Assembly (NCBI GenBank): GCA_903917735.1
Contig: CAIXBR010000122.1
Span: 1,608 to 65,607 of the forward strand
Direction of reading: 5' to 3'
Origin: an uncultured Elusimicrobia bacterium
GTDB taxonomy: Bacteria > Elusimicrobiota > Elusimicrobia > Elusimicrobiales > UBA9959
Length of the DNA: 64,000 bases
Within the stretch, counting starts at the first letter, position 1. The number at the start of each line of letters is the position of its first letter. Position numbers and translations under genes: made by a program. Of this stretch, positions 26,403 through 34,959 are shown one piece after another. The notes below the pieces were generated by a model. That model did not search any database, was not told where the DNA came from, and saw nothing but the letters and a program-made list of their open reading frames with translations.

Positions 26403-27614
26403 ATGAAAAAAATATTTATCGTGTTGTTTCTCTTAACGGCATCCGGAGTCTGCGGCTATGCGCGCGATGTCCGCGTCCTTTTGAAAGATGGAGTAGAGCG
26501 CAAGGGCGAACTGACCGTAACCAATGAGGATTCTGTATTCATAAAGTTCAAGAACGGAGTGGTGCGGAAATTCCCGTTCGCCAATATCGACTCAGTGACG
26601 GATGAAGAGACTGGCAAGGACATTCTGCCTTCCCTCGTGGCCGAAAGCAAGTCCGCCGCGGAGAAAGCTTCTGAAACGGGAAGAGCCGCCGCCGAAAAAA
26701 CACCCGCCGAGTCTGCCGTGAAAGCGCCCGAGGCCGAAAAAGCTACCGCCGCCGAAAAAACGCCCGCAGCTGAGAAAGTCCCTGAGGCTGAGAAAGTCCC
26801 CGCTGCAAAAAAAACTCCGGCCGTCAGGAAAGCGGCGGACACTACACAATCAAAGATACTGCATAAACCCTTCTCCGATAACGTGATGGCCTGGATGGCC
26901 GCGCGCTATGACGCCAAGACCATGCTGGGCTTTAAGTGGGAACACCCGGATAAAGCCAGGCTGCACTACGCCTTTGAAGACAATAACAGCTATGGTTACG
27001 GTAAGCGCACCGGCTTTCTGGCGAAGTCCGCGGCGGGCAGCGGCCCCGCGGGACACCTCGATATAGTCCCTGTCGCCAGTGTTTTTGATTCAGCGGCCGC
27101 GAGCGCCAACACAAATTCCTACTTGGAAGCCAGGTACGCCAGGACCGGCGCCGTGGCCTCTTGGAACGCCGGCTTCATAACCTATTCCGAAACCATAAAC
27201 GACGATATCTTCGATTATACACAGACCTCCTCCGGAGATGACTTCCTCTCCGGCTCCAAATTACGGAAAACGAACGCCAGTGTTGTGTACGCCTCCCTGC
27301 TGCTGACCCTGCCGATACAGAACTTCGCCTACTACGGCTTCATCGGGCCGGCCGTAGTCAGCTACGATTATTCCGAGTCCGGAACTTTCACCAACGACCA
27401 TTATGCGCTGCCGTTCTATACGCTCACTACCACTACCGGCGTCTTCAGCGCGAAGAAGAGCGGGACCATCCTCACCTGGATATTAGGCGTGGGTTTCTCA
27501 TTCAGGCTTTCCGACAGCGGCTTTGGCATCTTCGGCGAGTATAAGCATCTCCCCCAGGCCGGGACTTACCCGGGGGCGGATATCATGGGCGCGGGCCTTT
27601 CGTTCGGATTTTAG
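26403..27614 (+). CDS. Outer-membrane protein: N-terminal domain, AEK/TPA-rich low-complexity linker, C-terminal beta-barrel-like region
   Basis: Signal peptide. Repeated AEKTPAAEKVPEAEKVP linker. C-terminus ends ...GAGLSFGF (aromatic terminal residue typical of OMPs). Confidence 0.6.
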   Translation: MKKIFIVLFLLTASGVCGYARDVRVLLKDGVERKGELTVTNEDSVFIKFKNGVVRKFPFANIDSVTDEETGKDILPSLVAESKSAAEKASETGRAAAEKTPAESAVKAPEAEKATAAEKTPAAEKVPEAEKVPAAKKTPAVRKAADTTQSKILHKPFSDNVMAWMAARYDAKTMLGFKWEHPDKARLHYAFEDNNSYGYGKRTGFLAKSAAGSGPAGHLDIVPVASVFDSAAASANTNSYLEARYARTGAVASWNAGFITYSETINDDIFDYTQTSSGDDFLSGSKLRKTNASVVYASLLLTLPIQNFAYYGFIGPAVVSYDYSESGTFTNDHYALPFYTLTTTTGVFSAKKSGTILTWILGVGFSFRLSDSGFGIFGEYKHLPQAGTYPGADIMGAGLSFGF

Positions 27615-27656
27615 CGCGGCGGACGGATCTAAAGAAAGCACGGAGGAACAACAGAA

Positions 27657-28142
27657 ATGAAAATAAAACTGACACTGGCGGCCTTAACCCTTGCGGCAAT
27701 GGGGCTGACCGGCTGCACTTCTATAAGCAAAACCTATCCTATAAACAGGGTGAACTCCGGCGTGGAGCTTATGCCTCTTAACAGGAACGAATATAAGGTC
27801 ATAGGCGACACGCAGGGCGAAGCCTGCGCCAAGTATCTGCTCGGCGGGAAGCTGCCCTGGTTCAGCGGCACCCCCACCAAAACGGTTTCCGGCATCGAGG
27901 GCGGCGGCGGCAGTTTCATGGCTTCCCTCCCCATTATCGGCGGCCTGTTCGGCGGGCAGGAAAAGGTGATACAGGAGGCCACATACGAGGCCCTTGAAAA
28001 AGTGCCCGGCGCAGACGCGCTGCTTTCCGTAAGGACCAGGACGCAGAAGAAATATTCCATCCCCCTGTTCTACCGCGAAGAATGCGCCACCGTGCAGGGC
28101 AAGGCCTTCGCCATAAAGACCGACGCCGGTTCCCTGGAGTAA
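27657..28142 (+). CDS. Small lipoprotein, unknown function
   Basis: Lipobox LTGC at the end of the signal peptide (MKIKLTLAALTLAAMGLTGC). Confidence 0.6.
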   Translation: MKIKLTLAALTLAAMGLTGCTSISKTYPINRVNSGVELMPLNRNEYKVIGDTQGEACAKYLLGGKLPWFSGTPTKTVSGIEGGGGSFMASLPIIGGLFGGQEKVIQEATYEALEKVPGADALLSVRTRTQKKYSIPLFYREECATVQGKAFAIKTDAGSLE

Positions 28143-28145
28143 GCT

Positions 28146-29162
28146 GTGAACGCCGGTTTTAAAGGCCGCGTGCGCGGGGCCGCGCTTCTGTTCGCGGCGC
28201 TGGCCCTTTGCGCCTGCGGCGGCAGTCTGCAGGTGATGCGCAACCCCAGCGCGTCGCTGCCGTCAGTGAAGAAAGTGGCGGTAGTCCCCTTCGGAACCGC
28301 CCCGGCGCAGGCCCGCATTACCGGCGAATGGGAAACGCTGCTGCTCTCCCTGGGCTACCGCGTTGTGGAGAGGGAGAACATAGAGCCTCTCCTTAAGGAA
28401 CAGGGCCTTTCCATAAACGGCATAGTTAACCCTTCCGAAGCTCCCAAAATAGGCGAGATCCTGGGTGTGGACGGCCTGGTGATGGGCCGGCCCAACACGC
28501 GCGAGCCGTATTACTCGTACAGCATGACCGGCGCGGCTAAAATATCAGAACCTGCGCCCGTTTCCGTAAAACTGCTGGACGCGGCTACCGCGCGCGTGGT
28601 GTGGAGCGTGTCCAACGAGAAGGAAGAGGCGCTGAACGTGGCGAGGGAAGGCCGCGCGGTGAATTCCCGGCTGAAAAACTCCCTGGAAGGCACGCTGAAG
28701 GAAGGCGGATGGAAAGCCGCCCAACCGCCGTATAAGGAATCTTCCGGGGCGGCTATCGCCTTCAATTCCGGCCTGCGCGCCGAAAAAGGCATGCGCGTAG
28801 GCGCTTACGCCTTCGCCGGCGGCAACGACAACGGGGACGGCGGCGCCTGGGCCGACAAGGCGGCGTCCATGCTGCTGAAGGCGGGCTATGACGTGGTGGA
28901 CCGCCAGCAGCTTGAAAAGATAATACAGGAACAGAAGCTCTCCGCCAGCGGCGCTACGCGCGCGCAGGACATGGCACAACTGGGCAAGATAGCCGGGCTT
29001 CGTGCGGTGCTGATGGGTACGGCGTCCGGCGGGCAGGTCTGCGCGTACCACGTGAAGCTGGTGGACGTGGAAACAGGCGAGCTATACTGGAGCGCCTACG
29101 GAGAGGATTGCCGCCTGGACCAGTTCTCCGAACTTGTAGGTACCGGTTTCTCCGGGCATTGA
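28146..29162 (+). CDS. Lipoprotein with two CsgG/LpoB-like modules
   Basis: GTG start 4 nt after the previous stop. Cys-containing signal peptide. A duplicated motif typical of CsgG/LpoB-type lipoproteins (GYRVVERENIEPLLKEQGLS...LGVDGLVMG and GYDVVDRQQLEKIIQEQKLS...AGLRAVLMG). Confidence 0.55.
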   Translation: MNAGFKGRVRGAALLFAALALCACGGSLQVMRNPSASLPSVKKVAVVPFGTAPAQARITGEWETLLLSLGYRVVERENIEPLLKEQGLSINGIVNPSEAPKIGEILGVDGLVMGRPNTREPYYSYSMTGAAKISEPAPVSVKLLDAATARVVWSVSNEKEEALNVAREGRAVNSRLKNSLEGTLKEGGWKAAQPPYKESSGAAIAFNSGLRAEKGMRVGAYAFAGGNDNGDGGAWADKAASMLLKAGYDVVDRQQLEKIIQEQKLSASGATRAQDMAQLGKIAGLRAVLMGTASGGQVCAYHVKLVDVETGELYWSAYGEDCRLDQFSELVGTGFSGH

Positions 29163-29374
29163 GCGTTCGCCCCGGCCGACTCGGGGACAGTGTATTCATT
29201 TCCGACAGGCCCCCCCGCCATTGCCTATATTTCAATCCGCAAAATGAAAACCCGGCTAATAAAATAGGGAGGAGAGCCGGTATTCGGAGGCCGCCGGGCC
29301 ATGGGCGGCGCCTGCGGCTAGTATTGTATTATAGTGGTAGTGGATAGCCGCAGAAACAGCGGCACAATATCATA

Positions 29375-30121
29375 ATGACCTATTTTTCCCGGCGCGCCGT
29401 ATTTCTCCCCGTCTTTTTTCTGGCGGGCCTTGTTTCTTTCCCGGCTGCCGGGCGCGCGGCCGCTCCCGCGCCCCGGGCTTACGTTAACGATTCAGCCGGG
29501 GTGCTGAACGCCGGAACGGCCGAAAAACTGAACGGCGTTCTGTCCGACCTGGACGCCAGGGCTAAAGCCCAGGTGGCGGTGCTGACGGTAAAGAGCCTAG
29601 GCGGCGCGGATATCGAGACTTACGCCACGGAAACGTATAAAAAATGGGGCATAGGCGATAAAAAAACCAACCGCGGCGTACTGCTGCTGGTGGCGGTGGA
29701 AGACCGCAAGTCCCGCATAGAAGTAGGCTACGGGCTTGAGGGCATACTCCCAGACGGCCTGACTGGCGCTATTCAGGACAAGTACATAATTCCATATTTC
29801 AGGAACGGCGACTATTCCGGCGGGATACTGCAGGGCTCCCTGGCCATTGCCTCGGTTATAGCCGGCGACAGTGGGGTGGAACTTTCCGAAAGGCCCGCCG
29901 AAAGCGAAACTCAGACCCCGGTCCCGCTCACCCGTGGCCAGAAAATAATTTCCGGCATAGTGATACTCTTCCTGCTGATCATGGTGATCCGGCACCCGAT
30001 TCTTTTCTTCTTCCTTCTGAACAGCATGAACTCCAGGGGCTCCGGCGGCTTCGGCGGGGGCGGTTTCGGCGGCTTCGGCGGGGGAATGTCGGGCGGCGGC
30101 GGCAGTTCGCGGAGCTGGTAG
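29375..30121 (+). CDS. TPM-domain protein (YgcG-like) with TM helix and Gly-rich tail
   Basis: Signal peptide. TPM block (VNDSAGVLNAGTAEKLNGVL...QVAVLTVKSLGG...NRGVLLLVAVEDRKSRIEVGYGLEG). C-terminal GGFGGGGFGGFGGG tail. Confidence 0.8.
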   Translation: MTYFSRRAVFLPVFFLAGLVSFPAAGRAAAPAPRAYVNDSAGVLNAGTAEKLNGVLSDLDARAKAQVAVLTVKSLGGADIETYATETYKKWGIGDKKTNRGVLLLVAVEDRKSRIEVGYGLEGILPDGLTGAIQDKYIIPYFRNGDYSGGILQGSLAIASVIAGDSGVELSERPAESETQTPVPLTRGQKIISGIVILFLLIMVIRHPILFFFLLNSMNSRGSGGFGGGGFGGFGGGMSGGGGSSRSW

Positions 30122-30129
30122 GAGGCACA

Positions 30130-30852
30130 ATGGCTAAAATGACACCTGAAATTTTGACGGAAGAGCTTAAAAAGAGCTGCGGCGGCAATCTGGTCTCGGT
30201 GGTGCTGTACGGCTCTTCGGTGGCTGGCGACAGCGTAAAGACTTCCGACTATAACGTGCTGGTGGTGATGGACCGCGTAGAGATGGAGGACCTGCTGGCC
30301 CTGACCGGCCTATGCTCGCGCTGGGGCAGGGAAGGTAACCACGCCCCGCTGCTGTTCACGAAGGACAACCTGGCGCGGTCCGCGGACGTTTTTCCGGTGG
30401 AATTTTCTGATATAAAGCAGACGCACAGGATGCTCCACGGCTCGGACCCCTTTACGGAGATGGAGATAGACCCGGCCCTGCTCCGGCTGGAGCTGGAGCA
30501 CGAGCTTAAGAGCAAACTCATCATCCTGCGCGAGAATTTCCTGGTTACGAAAGGTTCGCCGAAGGAAGTGGAGCGGCTGCTGGTGGCTTCGGTATCGGCC
30601 TTCCTGACGCTGTTCAAGGCGGCGCTCAGGCTTTACGGCGAGACGCCCCCGGCCAGAAAGATGGATGTGCTGCCGCTGCTGTCGAAATATATAAAATTTG
30701 ACGAGGGGATCTTCCCCATCGTTTGGGAACTTAAGGAAGGCGGGAAGGCTTCCGGCCTCACTTCCCTGCAGACCTTCAGCCGCTATATGCCGGCGGTGCA
30801 AAGTGTTACGGACGCGGTTGACCTCTGGCTGCAGCGCGCGGGAACTAAATAG
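30130..30852 (+). CDS. Pol-beta-superfamily nucleotidyltransferase domain protein
   Basis: MNT-type motif LVSVVLYGSSVAGDSVKTSDYNVLVV, followed by a helical C-terminal region. Confidence 0.6.
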   Translation: MAKMTPEILTEELKKSCGGNLVSVVLYGSSVAGDSVKTSDYNVLVVMDRVEMEDLLALTGLCSRWGREGNHAPLLFTKDNLARSADVFPVEFSDIKQTHRMLHGSDPFTEMEIDPALLRLELEHELKSKLIILRENFLVTKGSPKEVERLLVASVSAFLTLFKAALRLYGETPPARKMDVLPLLSKYIKFDEGIFPIVWELKEGGKASGLTSLQTFSRYMPAVQSVTDAVDLWLQRAGTK

Positions 30853-30871
30853 CTGAATTAAGGAGAAAATA

Positions 30872-31429
30872 ATGAAAAAGGGCTTATTGATAGTGCTGGG
30901 CGTGGTAGTGCTGGTCGGGCTCTGGGCGGGCTCGGTCTATAATAAACTTGTGAACAGTTCCGAGGCCGTACCCGCGGCGTGGGGCCAGGTGGAGACCGTC
31001 CTCCAGCGGCGTTACGATCTTATCCCCAATCTGGTAAACACGGTGAAGGGCTACGCTAAGCACGAAAAAGACCTCCTGACCGAGGTGACAAGGCTCAGGA
31101 GCCAGTGGGGTGAAGCCAAGAACCAGGGCCAGAAAATGGCGGCGTCTACAGGGCTTGAGTCCGCTTTAAGTAAGCTGATGGTGGTGGTGGAGCAGTACCC
31201 CCAGATCAAAGCCAATGAGAATTTCATAAGGCTGCAGGACGAGCTGGCCGGCACCGAGAACCGCATTTCGGTGGAAAGAATGCGCTACAACGAAACGGTG
31301 AACGCCTACAATGTCACCGTGCGGGGGTTCCCGACGAATATGGTGGCGAACATGTTCGGATTCAAGAAAGCCGAAAATTATTACGAGGGCGAGAAAGCGG
31401 CGCAGCAGGCGCCCAAAGTGGAGTTTTAA
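30872..31429 (+). CDS. lemA: LemA family protein
   Basis: N-terminal TM helix. LemA blocks (YNKLV...WGQVETVLQRRYDLIPNLVNTVKGYAKHE; YPQIKANENF..LQDELAGTENRISVERMRYNETV..YN). Confidence 0.85.
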   Translation: MKKGLLIVLGVVVLVGLWAGSVYNKLVNSSEAVPAAWGQVETVLQRRYDLIPNLVNTVKGYAKHEKDLLTEVTRLRSQWGEAKNQGQKMAASTGLESALSKLMVVVEQYPQIKANENFIRLQDELAGTENRISVERMRYNETVNAYNVTVRGFPTNMVANMFGFKKAENYYEGEKAAQQAPKVEF

Positions 31430-31453
31430 AAGGGGCGGGAAAGGGGGACTAAG

Positions 31454-31894
31454 ATGACGGAACGAAAAGCGGAACACGCGGACCTGAAGGTGCTTGCCAA
31501 GACATTCAGCCTTCTGGCCTCGGAGCTGGAGGAGACGCTGCATTCGCTGAATGTCTGCGTTTTCGAGCCCGGCGCGGTGGTGCTTAAGGAAGGTGAGACC
31601 GGGACCAGCGTCTATGTAGCGCTTAAAGGCAAATTCTCGGTGCGCAAGTCGCGGTGGATCTTCTCCTCAAAAGAAGTGGCGCGGCTGGGGCCCGGGGACC
31701 TTTTCGGGGAGATAGGCTTCCTGGTGCCGACCACCCGGTCGGCGTCCATTATAGCGGAAGGCCCCTGCGAAGCTGCCCGCATAGTCCTAGCTGATTTCAA
31801 AGAACTGCTGGCCCGCCATTGCGAGCTGCAGGCCAGGATAGAGGAAATGGCCCGCCGGCGCCTGTACTCCCTGGCCGCGTCCGACCAGGCCTGA
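31454..31894 (+). CDS. Stand-alone cyclic-nucleotide-binding domain protein
   Basis: CAP-family cNMP-binding motifs (VVLKEGETGTSVYVALKG; GDLFGEIGFL...TRSASIIA). Confidence 0.75.
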   Translation: MTERKAEHADLKVLAKTFSLLASELEETLHSLNVCVFEPGAVVLKEGETGTSVYVALKGKFSVRKSRWIFSSKEVARLGPGDLFGEIGFLVPTTRSASIIAEGPCEAARIVLADFKELLARHCELQARIEEMARRRLYSLAASDQA

Positions 31895-31931
31895 GCCGGG
31901 CTAAGACAGGCTTGTAAGGCAACATTTAGAG

Positions 31932-32708
31932 ATGACCATGAAATTCAGATCATTGTGCTCCGGCAGCGGCGGGAACGCCGCGCTGTTGTGTGCCGGCGCG
32001 GACGGGCTGCTTATAGATTTCGCGCCGGGCTGCCAGCGGGACTGCCGCGCCGCGCTGCGCGAGGTAAAAACCATCTCCGGCGTGGCCGCCGTGCTGGTCA
32101 CGCACGCCCACGGGGACCACATCAACCGCAACTCGCTGAAGGTGCTGAAGGAAGAAGGCCTGACGGTGCGCTGCCACCCGGAAGTGTGCCGGCAGATAAA
32201 TGAAAGGCACGGCGCGGAGTATGCCGGGATAATACAGCCGTTCGAGGGACGGCTGGCTATTGGGAATTTCACGGTGGCGCAGGCGCCAGTGGAACATTCG
32301 CCGCGCTGCTACACTACGGCTTTTATCGTGACCGCGGGCAAGTACAAGGCCGCCATCTTCACCGACTTCAGCCGTTTTACCGACGAGCACGTGGCGCTGG
32401 CGGCGGATTCGGACCTGCTGGTCCTTGAGGCCAACCATGACCTAGAGCTTTTGAGGACGTATGGGCATCCCGGCTCCGAGTTCCATATGTCCAACATACA
32501 GACCGCCCGGTTTCTGCATGGCATCTGCGGGCGCAGCAGCGTTCAGCCCAAGGCCGTGGTATTGGGGCATTTGAGCGAAGACTGCAACAGGCCGCATTTG
32601 CCGGTAAAAGAAATAGAGGCGTACTTCGGCCTGAATAATTTCCCGGTTAAGTTTAAAACGCAGGTGGCACCCCGCTCCGCTCCAGGCTGCCTGCTGACCA
32701 TAAAGTAG
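31932..32708 (+). CDS. MBL-fold metallo-hydrolase
   Basis: HxHxDH motif (VTHAHGDHI). Starts with the MKFRSLCSGSGGNA pattern common in MBL-fold nucleases/hydrolases. Confidence 0.75.
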   Translation: MTMKFRSLCSGSGGNAALLCAGADGLLIDFAPGCQRDCRAALREVKTISGVAAVLVTHAHGDHINRNSLKVLKEEGLTVRCHPEVCRQINERHGAEYAGIIQPFEGRLAIGNFTVAQAPVEHSPRCYTTAFIVTAGKYKAAIFTDFSRFTDEHVALAADSDLLVLEANHDLELLRTYGHPGSEFHMSNIQTARFLHGICGRSSVQPKAVVLGHLSEDCNRPHLPVKEIEAYFGLNNFPVKFKTQVAPRSAPGCLLTIK

Positions 32709-32720
32709 CCCCGCTCCCCG

Positions 32721-34754
32721 ATGCAAAACGACGCTCCCGGCTCCCTGATCCCGCCCGAGGTTCTAACCCCGGCCTCTTTCTTCGGGCCGGGCGGCAGCGT
32801 GGCGCGGGCTCTAAAAAATTTCGAGACCCGGCCCGAGCAGGAACAGATGGCCGCCGCCGTCTACAAGGCTATAGCCGCCCGTAGTCATTTGGTGGTGGAG
32901 GCTGGCACCGGAGTGGGAAAGTCAATTTCCTATCTGCTGCCGGCGGCCCTGCTGGCGTCCCGCGACAAGAAGAAGATCATTGTGGCTACCCACACCAAAG
33001 CGCTGCAGGAGCAGCTGGTAAAACACGATCTTCCGGTGGTTAAGGGCCTGCTGGAGGAACACGGCCTGCCTCTCAAGTATTTCCTGCTGATGGGTTCGGC
33101 CAACTACCTGTGCCTTTTAAGGCTTGAGCGTGCCGGCACGCACCAGAGCGACCTCTTCGAAAGCGAGGAGGAGCAGGCTTCGGCGGCCGACCTGCGCGAA
33201 TGGGCCAGGACCGGCGCCAGTGGCTGCCGTTCCGAGATACCGCTTAAAGTGGCTCAGCGGGTTTGGGAAGAGGTATGCAGGGACCCCGACATCTGCCTGG
33301 GCCGCAAATGCCCGCACAAGGAAACCTGCCTGTACCGCCGGGACTTAGCGACGGCCAAACAGGCCGATATACTGGTGGTGAACCAGCACCTTTTCTTCGC
33401 CGGCTTGCCTATTCCCGCTTTCGACGCGGTTATTTTTGACGAAGCGCACAACCTTGAGGACGTAGCCTCAGCTTTCATGGGCTTCGCGGTGACGGACAGG
33501 CAGGTTAAGCGTCTGGTGGACGATATTTACAACCCGAAGTCGGGCCGCGGGCTGGCCCGCCGGCTCAAGAGCCCGCCGGCCAACTGGCTGGCCGACATGC
33601 GCCAGGCCGTGGGCGACGTGAATTTCGCCTCCAAAGATTTTTTTCAGGGCGTAACCGAAAAACTGGGTTTCGGTTCCTTCGAAGGAAAAATGCCGGCCAA
33701 GGCCAAGCGCCTGCGCGAGCCGGGCATAATCCCTAACCCGCTGGCAGAGCCGCTGCTGGCCCTTACGGTGCTGCTGTCGCAGGCCCTGGGCCACAGCCAG
33801 TCGGACCTGGAAGAGGCGGAGATAAAAGGCTACCTCAAACGCTGCCTGGCGCTGGCCGAGCAGGTGAACGTTTTCTTAAAATGCGGCGGCTCCGAGCACG
33901 CTTACTGGGCGGAGGTCTCTTATTCTAAAAGGAACCCGGCCACCTCCATACACCGGGCCCCGGTGGACGTGGCCGACGCGCTGCGCAAGGAGCTTTTTGA
34001 AGAGGGCTACCCGGTCATCCTCACTTCCGCCACGCTGGCCGTGGACGGCTCTTTTGAAATGATAAAGGCGCGGCTGGGGCTGGACAAGACTTCCGAGCTG
34101 CTGCTGAACTCGCCTTTCAACTACGACAAGCAGGCCGTGGTGTTCGTGCCGCCTGAAATACCGGACCCGCTGGACGCCAGGGGGTATGAGGCCGCGGTCA
34201 TAAAAGAATGCGGTCTGCTGCCGGCCGCTGTGGACGGGGGAATATTTCTGCTTTTCACCAGCTGGCAGCTGCTGGTGAAGGCTTACGGCGCGCTGGCCGG
34301 GAAATTCCCGGACCGGCCCATGTTCAGGCAGGGGGACAAACTGCCGCAGCACCTGCTGGCGGAGTTCAAGCGCGCCGGCAACGGAATACTGTTCGCCACC
34401 GACACTTTCTGGCAGGGGATAGACGTGCCGGGGCAGGCGCTGGCCTGCGTGGTGATAGCGCGGCTGCCTTTTCTTTCGCCCGACAGCCCTCTTGAAGAGG
34501 CGCGGCAGGAGTGGATGGCGGCCAGGGGCATGAACGTTTTTAACGAGTACACTTTGCCCAAGGCCGTGGTGAAGTTCCGGCAGGGCTTCGGCCGGCTTAT
34601 ACGCAGCAAAACTGATTTCGGCGCGGTGGTGGTGCTGGACCCCAGAATACAGACCAAGCGCTACGGAGTGAAGTTCCTGCGCTCCATCCCAAAATGCCGC
34701 CGGGTGAACGGCCTGGCGGAACTGAAGGCGTTCTTCCGGGAGCATAAGTTTTAG
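32721..34754 (+). CDS. dinG: DinG/XPD-family ATP-dependent DNA helicase
   Basis: Walker A AGTGVGKSISYLLPA and DEAH box (FDEAHNLED). Cys cluster consistent with an Fe-S domain (YLCLL...VCRDPDICLGRKCPHKETC). C-terminal helicase motifs (FATDTFWQGIDVPG; FRQGFGRLIRS). Confidence 0.85.
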   Translation: MQNDAPGSLIPPEVLTPASFFGPGGSVARALKNFETRPEQEQMAAAVYKAIAARSHLVVEAGTGVGKSISYLLPAALLASRDKKKIIVATHTKALQEQLVKHDLPVVKGLLEEHGLPLKYFLLMGSANYLCLLRLERAGTHQSDLFESEEEQASAADLREWARTGASGCRSEIPLKVAQRVWEEVCRDPDICLGRKCPHKETCLYRRDLATAKQADILVVNQHLFFAGLPIPAFDAVIFDEAHNLEDVASAFMGFAVTDRQVKRLVDDIYNPKSGRGLARRLKSPPANWLADMRQAVGDVNFASKDFFQGVTEKLGFGSFEGKMPAKAKRLREPGIIPNPLAEPLLALTVLLSQALGHSQSDLEEAEIKGYLKRCLALAEQVNVFLKCGGSEHAYWAEVSYSKRNPATSIHRAPVDVADALRKELFEEGYPVILTSATLAVDGSFEMIKARLGLDKTSELLLNSPFNYDKQAVVFVPPEIPDPLDARGYEAAVIKECGLLPAAVDGGIFLLFTSWQLLVKAYGALAGKFPDRPMFRQGDKLPQHLLAEFKRAGNGILFATDTFWQGIDVPGQALACVVIARLPFLSPDSPLEEARQEWMAARGMNVFNEYTLPKAVVKFRQGFGRLIRSKTDFGAVVVLDPRIQTKRYGVKFLRSIPKCRRVNGLAELKAFFREHKF

Positions 34755-34758
34755 CAGC

Positions 34759-34835
34759 TTTCAGGCGAAGGAAAAGGGATGATTCCCCAGAAAAAGAGGA
34801 TAAAAGCGATAACCGCGCTTATGTTTACTACAGAT
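34759..34835 (+). repeat. Intergenic repeat family, module 2 only (copy C)
   Basis: TTTCAGGCGAAGGAAAAGGGATGATTCCCCAGAAAAAGAGGATAAAAGCGATAACCGCGCTTATGTTTACTACAGAT aligns with 53569-53648 and, more loosely, with 39245-39303. Confidence 0.75.
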
Positions 34836-34959
34836 TTTTCTCCTGGCTTGGAAAACTTCCACAGGGCGAAGATGCGGATGCCGTATTTTTATACTGCGTA
34901 TTTTACCGGGCCTTGAGGCTCTGTCCGGGAAATGCGACTGACTTAAAGGACAAGGGATA

